From assembly GCA_022072025.1 (NCBI GenBank), contig JAJVIP010000011.1, forward strand, positions 81,200 to 145,199: 64,000 nucleotides of DNA. The letters are read 5' to 3'. The translations under genes were made by a program, and so were the position numbers. The DNA comes from Elusimicrobiota bacterium. GTDB lineage: Bacteria > Elusimicrobiota > Elusimicrobia > F11. Position 1 is the first letter of the stretch. Each line of letters opens with the position of its first letter. Shown here one piece after another: positions 28,728 through 41,868 of this stretch. The notes below the pieces were generated by a model, which made no database searches, had not been told where the DNA came from, and saw only the letters and a list, made by a program, of their open reading frames with translations.

Positions 28728-29847
28728 ATGTTTCTCCGCACAATTACGCTTCGACAGTTTCGCAATCACAAAGAGTTACAGTTGGAAGTTGAATCGGGTG
28801 TTAATTTGTTGATTGGCTCCAATGGGGCCGGAAAAACAAATGTTATTGAAGCCATTGCGGTACTCACCACAGGGTTTTCTCCCCGGGGCGCAGAACCAGA
28901 AACATTGGTTGAGTGGAACCAAGAGGGCTTTTTCATCAAGGGAGATTTTCATTACGAAGAGGAAGGGTTTGATCCTCTCTCGCTTGAAATGAAATATCGG
29001 TTGGGGTCCGTGCGAGTTGTTCGACAAAATGGAAAAATTCCCGTCAAATTAAGAGACTTAATGGGCCGGGTCCCTTTGGTGAGTTTTGTTCCTGAAGATT
29101 TGGCTTTGGTCAAAGGTGAACCGGAGCTCAGGCGACGGGCCATGAATATGATTTTGTGTCAGGTGGACCCTATGTATTCCGCCGTTCTCCGGAAATATTC
29201 TGAAGCTGTAAAATCACGCAACGCAGCTTTGAGGCAATTGGCGGAAGGAGTTATTGGAAAAGAAGCTTTGGTTCCTTGGAATCAAGCGGTCGTCGAACAG
29301 GGTTTGATTTTGTGCCGAAAGCGAGCTGAATTTCTGGAAGAATTTTCAATACGCGTTTCAAAAATTCAAGAACGAATCAGTGATCATCAAGAAAATGTGA
29401 GCCTTGAGTACAAGCCCTCTTTTATCGGTCCCTGGAATGAAACGGCAGGGGCCCGCTGGTTTGAAGAGATGAATCGATGTGAAGCGCAGGAGTTGGCGAT
29501 GGGTTCAACGGTGATGGGGCCGCATCGAGATGATGTGTTGTTCCTCATGAATGGACGAGCGGCCCGGCAATTTTCTTCGGAAGGACAAAAACGAACCACG
29601 GCCGTCGCATTTAAGCTCGCGGAGATTCCTTATGTGGAAGAAAAATTGGGACAAAAGCCCATCTGCTTGCTGGATGATGTCCTTTCCGAGTTGGATGCGA
29701 AGCGAGCCGCTCATTTGTTGGAAGAGCTCTCGCGCACGGGCCAATGTTTTGTCACCATGACGGGTCTTGAATCGTGGCCGCGCGAACGGGATTTACCCGC
29801 GGCGGTCTTTCGAGTTGATTCCTCGGGAGTAAAGCGAGAAGAAATTT

Positions 29848-29855
<8 letters not shown>
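28728..29855 (+). CDS. recF: DNA replication and repair protein RecF
   Basis: Walker A GSNGAGKTNVIEAI, ABC signature region, Walker B LLDDVLSELD. Confidence 0.95.
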
Positions 29856-32674
<2,819 letters not shown>

Positions 32675-32691
32675 TTTAGGAGATCTATTCC

Positions 32692-35163
32692 ATGGCCAAG
32701 GAAGAAAAACCAAAACAAACGGATTTTCGCACTGCTCCAACCAACATTGAAGATGAAATGAAAACCTCTTACATCGATTACGCCATGAGCGTAATTGTGG
32801 GGCGCGCCATCCCTGATGTGAGAGATGGTCTAAAACCAGTCCATCGTCGTGTGCTCTACACCATTGATGAAATGGGATTGGCCTACAACAAGCCCTACAA
32901 GAAATCAGCTCGCGTCGTTGGAGACGTTTTGGGTAAGTATCACCCCCACGGCGATTTGTCGGTGTATGACGCGTTGGTTCGCATGGTTCAAGATTTTTCT
33001 CTTCGGTACCCCCTCATTGACGGTCAAGGCAACTTTGGTTCTGTGGACGGAGATTCTCCGGCGGCGATGCGCTACACCGAAGTGCGTCCTGCTCGGATTA
33101 CCGATGAGCTCATAACTGACATTGACAAAGAAACAGTTGATTTCGTCCCCAACTATGATGGTTCTTTGCGGGAGCCGTCCATTTTGCCAGCGCGCCTTCC
33201 CAATTTGCTGATCAACGGGTCCTCTGGCATTGCGGTGGGTATGGCCACAAATATCCCCCCCCATAACATCACCGAAGTGTGTGACGCGACGATGGCTGTC
33301 ATCGAAAATCCGGAAATTGAAATTAAAGAACTGTCCAAATTTGTGAAGGGCCCCGATTTCCCGACGGGTGGAATTATTCTTGGTAAACAGGGCATCAAGG
33401 ATTATTTTGAAAAGGGCCGAGGTTCAGTGCGTGTTCGCGCCAAGACTGAAATCGAAGATATCAAAGGCGGTCGCCAAGCCATTATTGTTAATGAATTACC
33501 GTATCAAGTGAACAAAGCAGTTTTGCTCGAAAGCATTGCGGAATTGGTTCGTGATAAAAAGATTACGGAGATATCCGACCTTCGAGATGAATCGAACCGT
33601 GAAGGGATACGGATGGTCATTGAAATCAAACGCGATGGGAACGCGCAAATCGTTTTGAATCAGCTCTATAAGATGACCCAGTTGGAAACTTCTTTTGGCG
33701 TCATTATGTTGGCCTTGGCTGGTGGAAAACCCAAGGTTTTGTCACTTAAAGACACGATTACTCATTATTTGGCTCACCGCCAAGAGGTGGTCATACGACG
33801 GACCCAATTTGAATTGGCCAAGGCCGAGGCGCGGGCCCATATTTTGGAAGCACTTCGAATAGCCATTGATCATTTGGACGAAGTCATAAAAATTATCCGT
33901 CAATCAAAAGACACGCCCACGGCTCGTGAAAAATTAATAGCACGTTTTGAATTTTCTCAGATACAAGCCCAAGCCATTTTGGACATGCGTCTACATCAAT
34001 TGACCAACTTAGAGCGGGAAGCGCTTGAAAATGAATACAAAGAACTGATCAAAACGATTGCTCGACTTAAGGGTATTCTAGCGGACCCGAAAAAGGTGAT
34101 GGCGATCATTCGAGAAGAATTAACCGCTATTCGGGACAAATACGGGGACAAACGCCGCACCCAAATTCAAGCTTCATTTGAAGAATTCGATGTTGAAGAT
34201 CTTATCGCTGATGAAGAAGTGGTGGTCACCATTTCTCATACCGGCTATGTGAAACGGTTGCCGGCGGACACGTACCGTGCTCAAGGGCGTGGCGGACGTG
34301 GTTTGACTGGAATGACCACCAAGGAAGAAGATTTTGTGGAACAAGTATTTGTGACAAGCACTTTGGCGCACTTGCTCCTTTTCACGAGCCGCGGTCGCGT
34401 TTATGGCATTCGTGTCTATGAAATTCCAGACGCCGGACGAACGGCGCGTGGAAAAGCTATGGCCAATTTTATTCCCATCGAATCCACGGAAAAGATTACG
34501 GCCGCCATTGCCATTCGTTCATTCTCGGAAGGCACAGAAGGTTTTCTCACGCTTTGCACGCGGGGCGGTCAAATCAAGAAGACACCGATCACAGAATTCG
34601 ACAGTATCCGCAAGAGCGGCATTATCGCGATGGGTTTGGACGAAGGCGATATTTTGATTGGGGCCAAGTTGGTAGACGGTAAAAAAGACATCCTATTGGC
34701 CACGAGCGCGGGTATGTCCATTCGGTTCCCCGAGAGCGAAATTCGGGCGATGGGCCGAGGAGCCGGTGGAGTTCGCGGCATCAAGCTTGAGACAGGCGAC
34801 CAGGTGGTCGGTCTTGAAGTCGTCGATCCCAAAGAAGAGAAGAACTTAACGCTTCTTACCACTTGTGAGTTTGGTTATGGCAAGCGGACAGAGCTTTCTG
34901 AATATCGAGATCAATCCCGGGGTGGCAAAGGAGTCATCACCATCAAAGCGACCGATCGAAATGGGCCTGTGGTGGGGATTCGGTTGGTCACCGATAAAGA
35001 TGATGTGATGATCATGACTGAAAAAGGGATGGCCATTCGGCTTCATTGTAAAGATCTCTCAGTTATATCCCGCAATACCCAAGGGGTTCGGCTGGTTCGC
35101 CTGGAAGAAGGGGATAAAGTGGCCGCAATCGCGTCGGTTGTCTCGGAAGTTCCAGAGGGATAG
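32692..35163 (+). CDS. gyrA: DNA gyrase subunit A
   Basis: N-terminus YIDYAMSVIVGRAIPDVRDGLKPVHRR and the active-site Tyr region. C-terminal beta-pinwheel repeats. Follows gyrB. Confidence 0.97.
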   Translation: MAKEEKPKQTDFRTAPTNIEDEMKTSYIDYAMSVIVGRAIPDVRDGLKPVHRRVLYTIDEMGLAYNKPYKKSARVVGDVLGKYHPHGDLSVYDALVRMVQDFSLRYPLIDGQGNFGSVDGDSPAAMRYTEVRPARITDELITDIDKETVDFVPNYDGSLREPSILPARLPNLLINGSSGIAVGMATNIPPHNITEVCDATMAVIENPEIEIKELSKFVKGPDFPTGGIILGKQGIKDYFEKGRGSVRVRAKTEIEDIKGGRQAIIVNELPYQVNKAVLLESIAELVRDKKITEISDLRDESNREGIRMVIEIKRDGNAQIVLNQLYKMTQLETSFGVIMLALAGGKPKVLSLKDTITHYLAHRQEVVIRRTQFELAKAEARAHILEALRIAIDHLDEVIKIIRQSKDTPTAREKLIARFEFSQIQAQAILDMRLHQLTNLEREALENEYKELIKTIARLKGILADPKKVMAIIREELTAIRDKYGDKRRTQIQASFEEFDVEDLIADEEVVVTISHTGYVKRLPADTYRAQGRGGRGLTGMTTKEEDFVEQVFVTSTLAHLLLFTSRGRVYGIRVYEIPDAGRTARGKAMANFIPIESTEKITAAIAIRSFSEGTEGFLTLCTRGGQIKKTPITEFDSIRKSGIIAMGLDEGDILIGAKLVDGKKDILLATSAGMSIRFPESEIRAMGRGAGGVRGIKLETGDQVVGLEVVDPKEEKNLTLLTTCEFGYGKRTELSEYRDQSRGGKGVITIKATDRNGPVVGIRLVTDKDDVMIMTEKGMAIRLHCKDLSVISRNTQGVRLVRLEEGDKVAAIASVVSEVPEG

Positions 35164-35275
35164 TTCCCAAGCGCAAATTTTTTTTGAGCTGATTTTTCAA
35201 TACAAAACCCATTTATTCACAAGATTTTTTGGATTTTGTCATTGCTTTGTCACAGTTTTCCTTTAGACTTCAGAC

Positions 35276-35650
35276 ATGGATAACAGGGACCGAAGACAAC
35301 ATCCAAGACTCGAGGGTCAATTCCAAGTTGATCTTCTGAATATGGGGGATGACCCCGCCATCTCAGAGTTTGAATGTGTGGTGACTGGCGAGGCTCTTGA
35401 TATTTCAAGAACGGGACTGCGACTAAAAGTAACCTACCGAGTTCCCGTGGGCACTTTTTTAAGTGCCATCGTATACTACAGAAACCATGAATCTATTTGT
35501 TTGTGTGAAGTGGTGTGGCGTCGAGAACTCATGGGTGAGCAAGTATATGGCCTCTATGTTCGAGAATGGTCCAAGCTGGATTGCCAACTTTCCCAACGGT
35601 TCGCGGGCATGGAAAGTCAAGGGAATCCACAGATTGCCTACCAAGATTAG
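35276..35650 (+). CDS. PilZ domain protein (putative c-di-GMP receptor)
   Basis: RRQHPR (RxxxR) and DISRTGLRL (DxSxxG) PilZ motifs. 124 aa. Confidence 0.7.
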   Translation: MDNRDRRQHPRLEGQFQVDLLNMGDDPAISEFECVVTGEALDISRTGLRLKVTYRVPVGTFLSAIVYYRNHESICLCEVVWRRELMGEQVYGLYVREWSKLDCQLSQRFAGMESQGNPQIAYQD

Positions 35651-35723
35651 CAACCCCCCCACCCTACCCTCTCCTTATTCTCTTAGGTGAAATTTCCTCA
35701 AATCTCGTTTATCCTTCTGAAGT

Positions 35724-36515
35724 ATGGTTGGTCGGTTACTGTTTTCCATCGGCGGGATTTTAGCTGGATTGATGGTTCCCTTCAGCTGGTTCTTGTGGCG
35801 GGCCTTTTCATCGCGTCATGAGTGGTGGATGGCGTTTTTAAAAAAAGAAATGAGCCATCATCACGAAATCTATATTTGTACCGGTTTATTTTCCGTTATG
35901 ATTTTCTCCATTGTTGGATATTTACTCGGCAAGAAAAATGATGACCTCAGACTGGAATCGAAAAACGTCGAAGATTCCAATCGAACCCTAAACCATTTGG
36001 CAACCACCGATGGGCTCACGGGGCTTTTCAACGCACGATATATGAACGACAGGATGAATATCGAAATCGAAGGTTCTCGGATCTCCCCCTTAACTTGTTT
36101 GCTTGTTGATGTTGATCATTTCAAAAGAATCAATGATGGTTACGGCCATCCTTTTGGAGATGAAGTATTGGTTCGTGTGGCACAAATCATGAAGCAATCC
36201 GCACGCCGGATTGATCCGGTGGGGCGAATGGGTGGGGAAGAATTTCTGGTTCTTTTACCTGGTGCGCCATGTAGACGCGCTCAGGAGATTGCTCAAAAAA
36301 TTAGACGCGACGTTTCGAACGAACCTTTTTTGTTTGAAGGAAAACCTGTCCATGTGACAGTGAGTGTGGGTTTGGCCACCTGTCCCTCAATCGGCATCTC
36401 AAATCAAAGTGAATTGTTGCATGCTGTCGATGAAGCACTTTACTCGGCCAAACGGTCCGGACGAAACCGCGTGGTCGCTTGGAAACCCCCTCAAGACCAG
36501 AGGAAAGCCGCTTAA
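35724..36515 (+). CDS. Membrane-anchored diguanylate cyclase (GGDEF)
   Basis: Two N-terminal TM helices, then a GGDEF domain with RMGGEEF active site and inhibitory-site-like RIND. Confidence 0.85.
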   Translation: MVGRLLFSIGGILAGLMVPFSWFLWRAFSSRHEWWMAFLKKEMSHHHEIYICTGLFSVMIFSIVGYLLGKKNDDLRLESKNVEDSNRTLNHLATTDGLTGLFNARYMNDRMNIEIEGSRISPLTCLLVDVDHFKRINDGYGHPFGDEVLVRVAQIMKQSARRIDPVGRMGGEEFLVLLPGAPCRRAQEIAQKIRRDVSNEPFLFEGKPVHVTVSVGLATCPSIGISNQSELLHAVDEALYSAKRSGRNRVVAWKPPQDQRKAA

Positions 36516-36576
36516 ACTCTCCCATTCCAGCAAATTCCCTTTTGTATACTCCGGCACATTCAATTTTCATGAATTT

Positions 36577-36665
36577 GGTTTTTGATGGAGGGGTCGCATA
36601 GTGGCCTAGTGCGCTGGTTTGCTAAACCGGTATACGGGTTATACCGTATCGAGGGTTCGAATCCC
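36577..36665 (+). tRNA. tRNA-Ser (anticodon GCU)
   Basis: Manual fold: acceptor GGAGGGG / CCCCTCC, U8, D-stem GCA/TGC with a GG loop, anticodon stem CTGGT/ACCGG around loop TTGCTAA (GCT), a long variable arm (TATACGGGTTATACCGTATC), T-arm GAGGG-TTCGAAT-CCCTC, discriminator G. No encoded CCA. Confidence 0.85.
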
Positions 36666-36750
36666 TCCCCCTCCGAATTTGAGGTACTTACCGGGCACAG
36701 TTTTGGCCAAATCTCGCCTATGGACGAATTATTGGCAACACAACCTGAAA

Positions 36751-38418
36751 ATGACCAAAAACCTATTAAAAACCATCACACTTCTCTGCCTAGGCGGAAT
36801 TTTTGTGGCCTTTTTCCCCTGGATTTTTTCCTTTCAAGGTCAAGTGTTGGGTCAACGTATTTCTATTCGATCTTTGGGCGATTCCCTGGGGATTTTATTG
36901 GTGATCCTTGGGCTTTTCGCTCTTATCAGACCTCATTTTCGTAGAGGTCTTGATGATTTCGCCAAAAATTTGGACGGCCTTCCAAAACCATTTCAAGATA
37001 GGATCATGGGTATCGCCTTGTTGATTCATTTGATGGGAATCATCAGTCACAAACTCCGAGCCCATTTCATGTTGAGCACCCATGCCTTTGACTTGGGTTT
37101 TTTCTCCAATATTTGCTGGAACACGGCGAATGGAAACTGGTTTTTTAGCTCGGATTTGGAACGAAATTTCATGTCAGTTCATGTGAATTGGATTTTGTGG
37201 CCTTTATCTTTTTTTTATCGGTTTTTCCCCACCTCCGCAGTGCTTCTGGTGGCACAGGCCGTTTTTATGTGCTCGGCCGTATTTATTTTTTGGATTCTGG
37301 CTCAAAAAATCACAGGGCGTTTTTCGGCTGGTGGGTTGGCCTCTCTTCTGTTGGCCTGTTCCCCCTATTTCAACCATTCTATTTCCAATGATTTTCATCC
37401 AGATACGTGGCTCCTGCCTTGTTTAATGGCCGCCTTGTGGGCCTGGAAAAGTAATAAGCCCGTGATGTTGCTTTTATTCGCGCTTGGTTCATTGGCAGCC
37501 AAAGAAGATCTGTCGGTTGTTTTGTGTGGATTTGGTTTGTTGTTAATTTTCCAACAAAAATGGCGGGTCGCGGGGGCCAGCTTGATTGTCTTGTCTTTAG
37601 CGGTGTTTTTGTTTCACACCCAATATTTTATCCCTCACTTCATTGAAGGTTCCTCAGAGTCACTTCTTTTTACGCGTTATCCATTGTTGGGTTCAAATTT
37701 TGAAGAAATTGTACGAGGTTTATTTCTGGAGCCAACCCGATTGTTGCGTGCTTTGGCCTATGAACCCAGTAAATATTGGCGGTTTTTTTGTTATTTTTTT
37801 CCGACGGCCGGTTTAACTTTCTTGTCTCCGCTGTTTTTAATTCCCCCCGTCATCAGTGTGATGCCACATCTCCTGTCTCAAGCTTCCACGCAACTGTCTT
37901 TGGCGGATATTTATTCTCTTCCGTCACAACCTTTTATTTTCGTGGGAGCGGTCTTGGGTGCTCAACGATTGGTGGTATGGCGCGGCGGAAAAATTATTCC
38001 ATTTATAATTTCGATCTTGTTGGTGGTAGCTGGGCTTGGGATTTTAAATTCCCCCCGTTTTTTCCGGAATCAAGCTCGCGCTCGAACGGAGGCTTTTTCT
38101 GAGATAAAACGATTGATACCGGATCAAGCCTCCCTGGTGGCCCAACAAAGCCTGCATCCTCATTTTGAGTGCCGTGCCAACATCCAATTGTTTCCGATCG
38201 GCTTCTCCATGCCCTCTTTGCAAAAGCGCTATATGACAAACCCGGAATTTATTTTGGCTGATCGAATTGGCAATGCGCTGCCCTATGATGGGTTCTTTTT
38301 GACTGCTGCGATTCAAGAACTCGAAAATAACCCGGATTACGAAAAGATTTTTGAACGAGAAAATTTCTTGTTGTTCAAGCGGCGCGTCGATGAGAATCTT
38401 CGCTGGCAAGGAACTTAA
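36751..38418 (+). CDS. Polytopic membrane protein (DUF2079-like, possible GT-C-type glycosyltransferase), 555 aa
   Basis: First ATG after the tRNA gives [22 protein letters not shown]... with about 12 hydrophobic helices. The ORF-track start at 36619 lies inside the tRNA and is rejected. Confidence 0.6.
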   Translation: MTKNLLKTITLLCLGGIFVAFFPWIFSFQGQVLGQRISIRSLGDSLGILLVILGLFALIRPHFRRGLDDFAKNLDGLPKPFQDRIMGIALLIHLMGIISHKLRAHFMLSTHAFDLGFFSNICWNTANGNWFFSSDLERNFMSVHVNWILWPLSFFYRFFPTSAVLLVAQAVFMCSAVFIFWILAQKITGRFSAGGLASLLLACSPYFNHSISNDFHPDTWLLPCLMAALWAWKSNKPVMLLLFALGSLAAKEDLSVVLCGFGLLLIFQQKWRVAGASLIVLSLAVFLFHTQYFIPHFIEGSSESLLFTRYPLLGSNFEEIVRGLFLEPTRLLRALAYEPSKYWRFFCYFFPTAGLTFLSPLFLIPPVISVMPHLLSQASTQLSLADIYSLPSQPFIFVGAVLGAQRLVVWRGGKIIPFIISILLVVAGLGILNSPRFFRNQARARTEAFSEIKRLIPDQASLVAQQSLHPHFECRANIQLFPIGFSMPSLQKRYMTNPEFILADRIGNALPYDGFFLTAAIQELENNPDYEKIFERENFLLFKRRVDENLRWQGT

Positions 38419-38453
38419 ACCTGAACGCCTTACAATCTGAAAAAAGCCCCTAT

Positions 38454-40211
38454 TTGCGTCAGCATGCCAAAAACCCTGTGAATTGGCATCCATGGCATGA
38501 GGACGCGCTTAAACAGGCCAAAGAAGCCAATCTCCCTATTTTCCTGTCTATTGGGTACTCCACTTGTCACTGGTGCCATGTCATGGCCCATGAATCGTTT
38601 GAAAACGAGAACACGGCCAAATTCATGAACGAAAATTTTTTCAATATCAAGGTGGATCGTGAAGAACGGCCCGATGTGGATGCGATTTATATGATGGCGG
38701 TCCAAGCCCTCACAGGTTCAGGAGGGTGGCCTTTATCGGTGTGGTTGACCCCGGACTTAAAACCTTTTTTTGCGGGAACCTACTTTCCGCCGGAGGAGCG
38801 GTACGGACGGGCAAGCTTTTCTTCTGTTCTGCATCAATTGGCTGATATATGGTTTCACGAGCGATCCAAAATATTGGAATCGGCTGAACAAATATCAGAA
38901 ATGTTAAAGCAGTTCGCCGGGAATTCGTCTCAGGCCGTGTCAGATCCCCTCCAGATAAGAAACCTGGCCCGCCAAACCTATGAGTCACTTCAATCCATGT
39001 TTGATCCAAAGTTTGGAGGGTTCGGTCCAGCGCCAAAATTTCCCATGCCTGTTTATCTGTCTTTCCTGTTAGATTATTTTGAGCGGACCCACGAACCCAA
39101 CGCACTGGCCATGGTGGAATTGACGATGGAAAAAATATCGATGGGTGGAATTTATGATCAATTGGGAGGTGGATATGCCCGTTATTCAACGGATGAAAAA
39201 TGGCTGGTTCCCCATTTTGAGAAGATGCTTTATGACAATGCGCAATTAATTTCCGTCACCGCTCAATTGTTTAAGTTAACGGGGCAAAATAAATGGAAGG
39301 AATTAACCCGTGAAGCCGTTTCCTATGTCATCAAAGACTTGGGTCACCCAGAAGGAGGTTTTTATTCTGCGGAAGATGCTGACAGTGAGGGAAAAGAGGG
39401 AACTTTTTATCTCTGGACGCTTCAACAAGTAATAGAACATTTGACCCAAAAGGAAGCGGATGCCTTTATTAAATTCTTCGGACCGACCCTTCAGGGGAAT
39501 TTCGTGGATCCCCACCACCTTGAAGACGGGAAAAACATTCTCGCCCAAACAGGGGCCTCTGTTGATCCCGAAGCTTTAATATCGGCGAAAAAGAAATTAT
39601 TGGCGGTGCGCAATCAACGTCCCCGGCCTGCCCGTGATGAAAAAATTTTGGTGGAATGGAATGGGTTGATGATCAGCGCCCTCATCCAAGCTTTTAAGGT
39701 TTTGCAAGACCCTTCCTATTTGGAAATGGCAGAGAAAACAGCTCAATTCATTCATAGGAGAATGTTTGACTCAACCGCGGTTCAACTGTATCGAAGTTGG
39801 TGTGATGGTGTTTGCATAGTGAAAGCTCAACAAAGTGATTTTTCCTTTCTTATTCAAGGCCTTTTGGATTTGTACGAATGCTCAAACAAAGACAATTGGA
39901 AAGGATGGGCGGTACAATTGCAAGAAATTCATGACCAGTTATTTTTCGATGAGGAATTGGGTGGGTATTTCATGAATAACGCCAGGCCAGATCTGCTGAT
40001 TCGTTTAAAAGATAACAACGACAATGTGATTCCTTCAGGAAATTCCATTGCTGTCCGCAATGGATTTCGTCTAACCCGTTTGATAGATCGGCCTGAGTTT
40101 CAAATACGGGCGAAGAAAACCATCCAAGCTTTTTCATCGCGCCTGGTGTCGCAACCCACTTCGATGGTTTCGTTGGTATCCATTTTAAATTCCAACCTTG
40201 TGGAGTTGTGA
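38454..40211 (+). CDS. Thioredoxin-domain protein of the YyaL/DUF255 family (N-acylglucosamine 2-epimerase-like fold)
   Basis: [11 protein letters not shown]...STCHWCHVM (thioredoxin-like CxxC) followed by an alpha/alpha-toroid-like region. Conserved residues continue upstream of the TTG at 38454 (see findings). Confidence 0.8.
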   Translation: MRQHAKNPVNWHPWHEDALKQAKEANLPIFLSIGYSTCHWCHVMAHESFENENTAKFMNENFFNIKVDREERPDVDAIYMMAVQALTGSGGWPLSVWLTPDLKPFFAGTYFPPEERYGRASFSSVLHQLADIWFHERSKILESAEQISEMLKQFAGNSSQAVSDPLQIRNLARQTYESLQSMFDPKFGGFGPAPKFPMPVYLSFLLDYFERTHEPNALAMVELTMEKISMGGIYDQLGGGYARYSTDEKWLVPHFEKMLYDNAQLISVTAQLFKLTGQNKWKELTREAVSYVIKDLGHPEGGFYSAEDADSEGKEGTFYLWTLQQVIEHLTQKEADAFIKFFGPTLQGNFVDPHHLEDGKNILAQTGASVDPEALISAKKKLLAVRNQRPRPARDEKILVEWNGLMISALIQAFKVLQDPSYLEMAEKTAQFIHRRMFDSTAVQLYRSWCDGVCIVKAQQSDFSFLIQGLLDLYECSNKDNWKGWAVQLQEIHDQLFFDEELGGYFMNNARPDLLIRLKDNNDNVIPSGNSIAVRNGFRLTRLIDRPEFQIRAKKTIQAFSSRLVSQPTSMVSLVSILNSNLVEL

Positions 40212-40241
40212 AAACTCTCCTTTTTTGAGTTTAATTGCATC

Positions 40242-40715
40242 ATGAGCGATATATATATGTCACGGGCTGGTCATGAGAAATTAATGGCCGAACTTAAAAT
40301 GTTGGAGCAACGTAAACGAGATTTGTCGATGGAAATTGGTGAAACTCGAGAACAAGGAGATCTAAGGGAAAATGCGGGTTATCACTTCGCTCGCGAAAAA
40401 CAAAGCGAGACTTTGAGGCGAATAGCTGAAATACACACCAAACTGGCCAACGCGAAAATTATTGAAGATTTGAACCTTCCCAAAGACGAAGTAATTATCG
40501 GCATGAAAGTCACCATTCGTGAAATCGAAACCAGCGATGATTATGAATACACTTTGGTGGGCCCCGAGGAGTCCGACCCGGCGGCTGGTAAAATTTCGGT
40601 TCATGCCCCGATTGCGCAAGGCCTCTTGGGTTCCAAGGTGAATGCGGAAGTGACCATCGACTTGCCGGGTGGGAAAACGAAATTCAAAATTCTCAAGATA
40701 GAAGTGGCCCTTTAA
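40242..40715 (+). CDS. greA: Transcription elongation factor GreA
   Basis: N-terminal coiled coil with REQGDLRENAGY, and a C-terminal FKBP-like domain. 157 aa. Confidence 0.93.
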   Translation: MSDIYMSRAGHEKLMAELKMLEQRKRDLSMEIGETREQGDLRENAGYHFAREKQSETLRRIAEIHTKLANAKIIEDLNLPKDEVIIGMKVTIREIETSDDYEYTLVGPEESDPAAGKISVHAPIAQGLLGSKVNAEVTIDLPGGKTKFKILKIEVAL

Positions 40716-40727
40716 ATCTTCCTGTCA

Positions 40728-41867
40728 GTGAAACTGCTTATTAACTCACGTCACAGAATTCTTTTTTCCATCTTGGGACTTTTACTGATGGTTTCACCGG
40801 GATGCTCTGAAGCTCCCATAGAAAAAATCTCAAAACCAGAAGTCCCCTTGTGGGGGGATGTTCCTTATGGGCGCCCTTCTTGCGTAAAAGGAATCCATCT
40901 GACTTCCTGGTATACGGGTTCCAAAAAAGGCCGTGAACGCTTTGAAAAATTATTTGCGGAAACCGAATTAAACACAGCCGTTATCGATATCAAAGAGTCG
41001 GAAGGAGACGTGTATATTCCTGGTGTCACATTGGAGGGCAAGCCCAATTATGTGGCCGCTATCCCGGATATCAAAGATTACCTCAATTATTTGAAAGCCA
41101 GAGGCGTTTATACCATCGCTCGAATTGTGGTGTTCCACGACAATCATCTGGCTCGCCAAAAACCAGATTGGGCGGTTCGATCTTCCCAGCCCATTCCTCT
41201 TGCCAAGGAGAAAGGATACCGCTCGGATGTGTGGGTGGACAGAAAAGGTTCAGCTTGGGCGGACCCATTCAACCCGCATGTTTGGGACTATCATATCGAT
41301 ATCGCCATGAAAGCGGTGGATTTGGGATTTCAAGGCATTCAATTTGATTACATTCGATTTCCTTCAGACGGTCCAACCAAACTTTGCGTTTATTCCAAAC
41401 CTGCAAACGCGACGACCAAAGTGGAAGCATTGGGTAATTTTTTGGAACGCGCTCGCAAGAAATGCCGTGAACGGGGTGTTGAGTTATCGATTGATGTTTT
41501 TGGTCTGGTGGGTTCCAATGACGATGATATGGGGATAGGACAGAGGTTGAGCCGGCTTTATGAACATGTTGATGTGGTGTCTCCCATGATGTACCCCTCT
41601 CATTACGCCCTTGGAGAATATGGCCTCAAAAACCCCAACCACAGTCCCTACGAAACCATTTACCGGGGAATCAGTGACACAAAAAAAATCATGAAAAATC
41701 CTAATGTCCAATTACGTCCTTACCTACAGGATTTCAGTCTTGGAGTGAAATATACCGCGCAACATGTGCGAGACCAAATCAACGCAGCCGAGGACTTGGG
41801 AATCAATGAATGGTTGCTTTGGAATCCCACTTGCCGTTACACCCGAGAGGCTCTCCTCCCCAACTGA
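40728..41867 (+). CDS. Putative glycoside hydrolase-like lipoprotein (DUF4015 family, TIM-barrel)
   Basis: Lipoprotein signal LLMVSPGCS. Conserved GIHLTSWYTG and GFQGIQFDYIRFP segments typical of DUF4015/GH-like proteins. Confidence 0.55.
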   Translation: MKLLINSRHRILFSILGLLLMVSPGCSEAPIEKISKPEVPLWGDVPYGRPSCVKGIHLTSWYTGSKKGRERFEKLFAETELNTAVIDIKESEGDVYIPGVTLEGKPNYVAAIPDIKDYLNYLKARGVYTIARIVVFHDNHLARQKPDWAVRSSQPIPLAKEKGYRSDVWVDRKGSAWADPFNPHVWDYHIDIAMKAVDLGFQGIQFDYIRFPSDGPTKLCVYSKPANATTKVEALGNFLERARKKCRERGVELSIDVFGLVGSNDDDMGIGQRLSRLYEHVDVVSPMMYPSHYALGEYGLKNPNHSPYETIYRGISDTKKIMKNPNVQLRPYLQDFSLGVKYTAQHVRDQINAAEDLGINEWLLWNPTCRYTREALLPN

Positions 41868-41868
41868 A

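Noticed and set aside
36582-36750. ORF-track starts at 36582 and 36619 for the downstream membrane protein
   Set aside because: These starts lie inside or immediately after the tRNA-Ser gene. The first plausible start is ATG 36751 (MTKNLLKT...).
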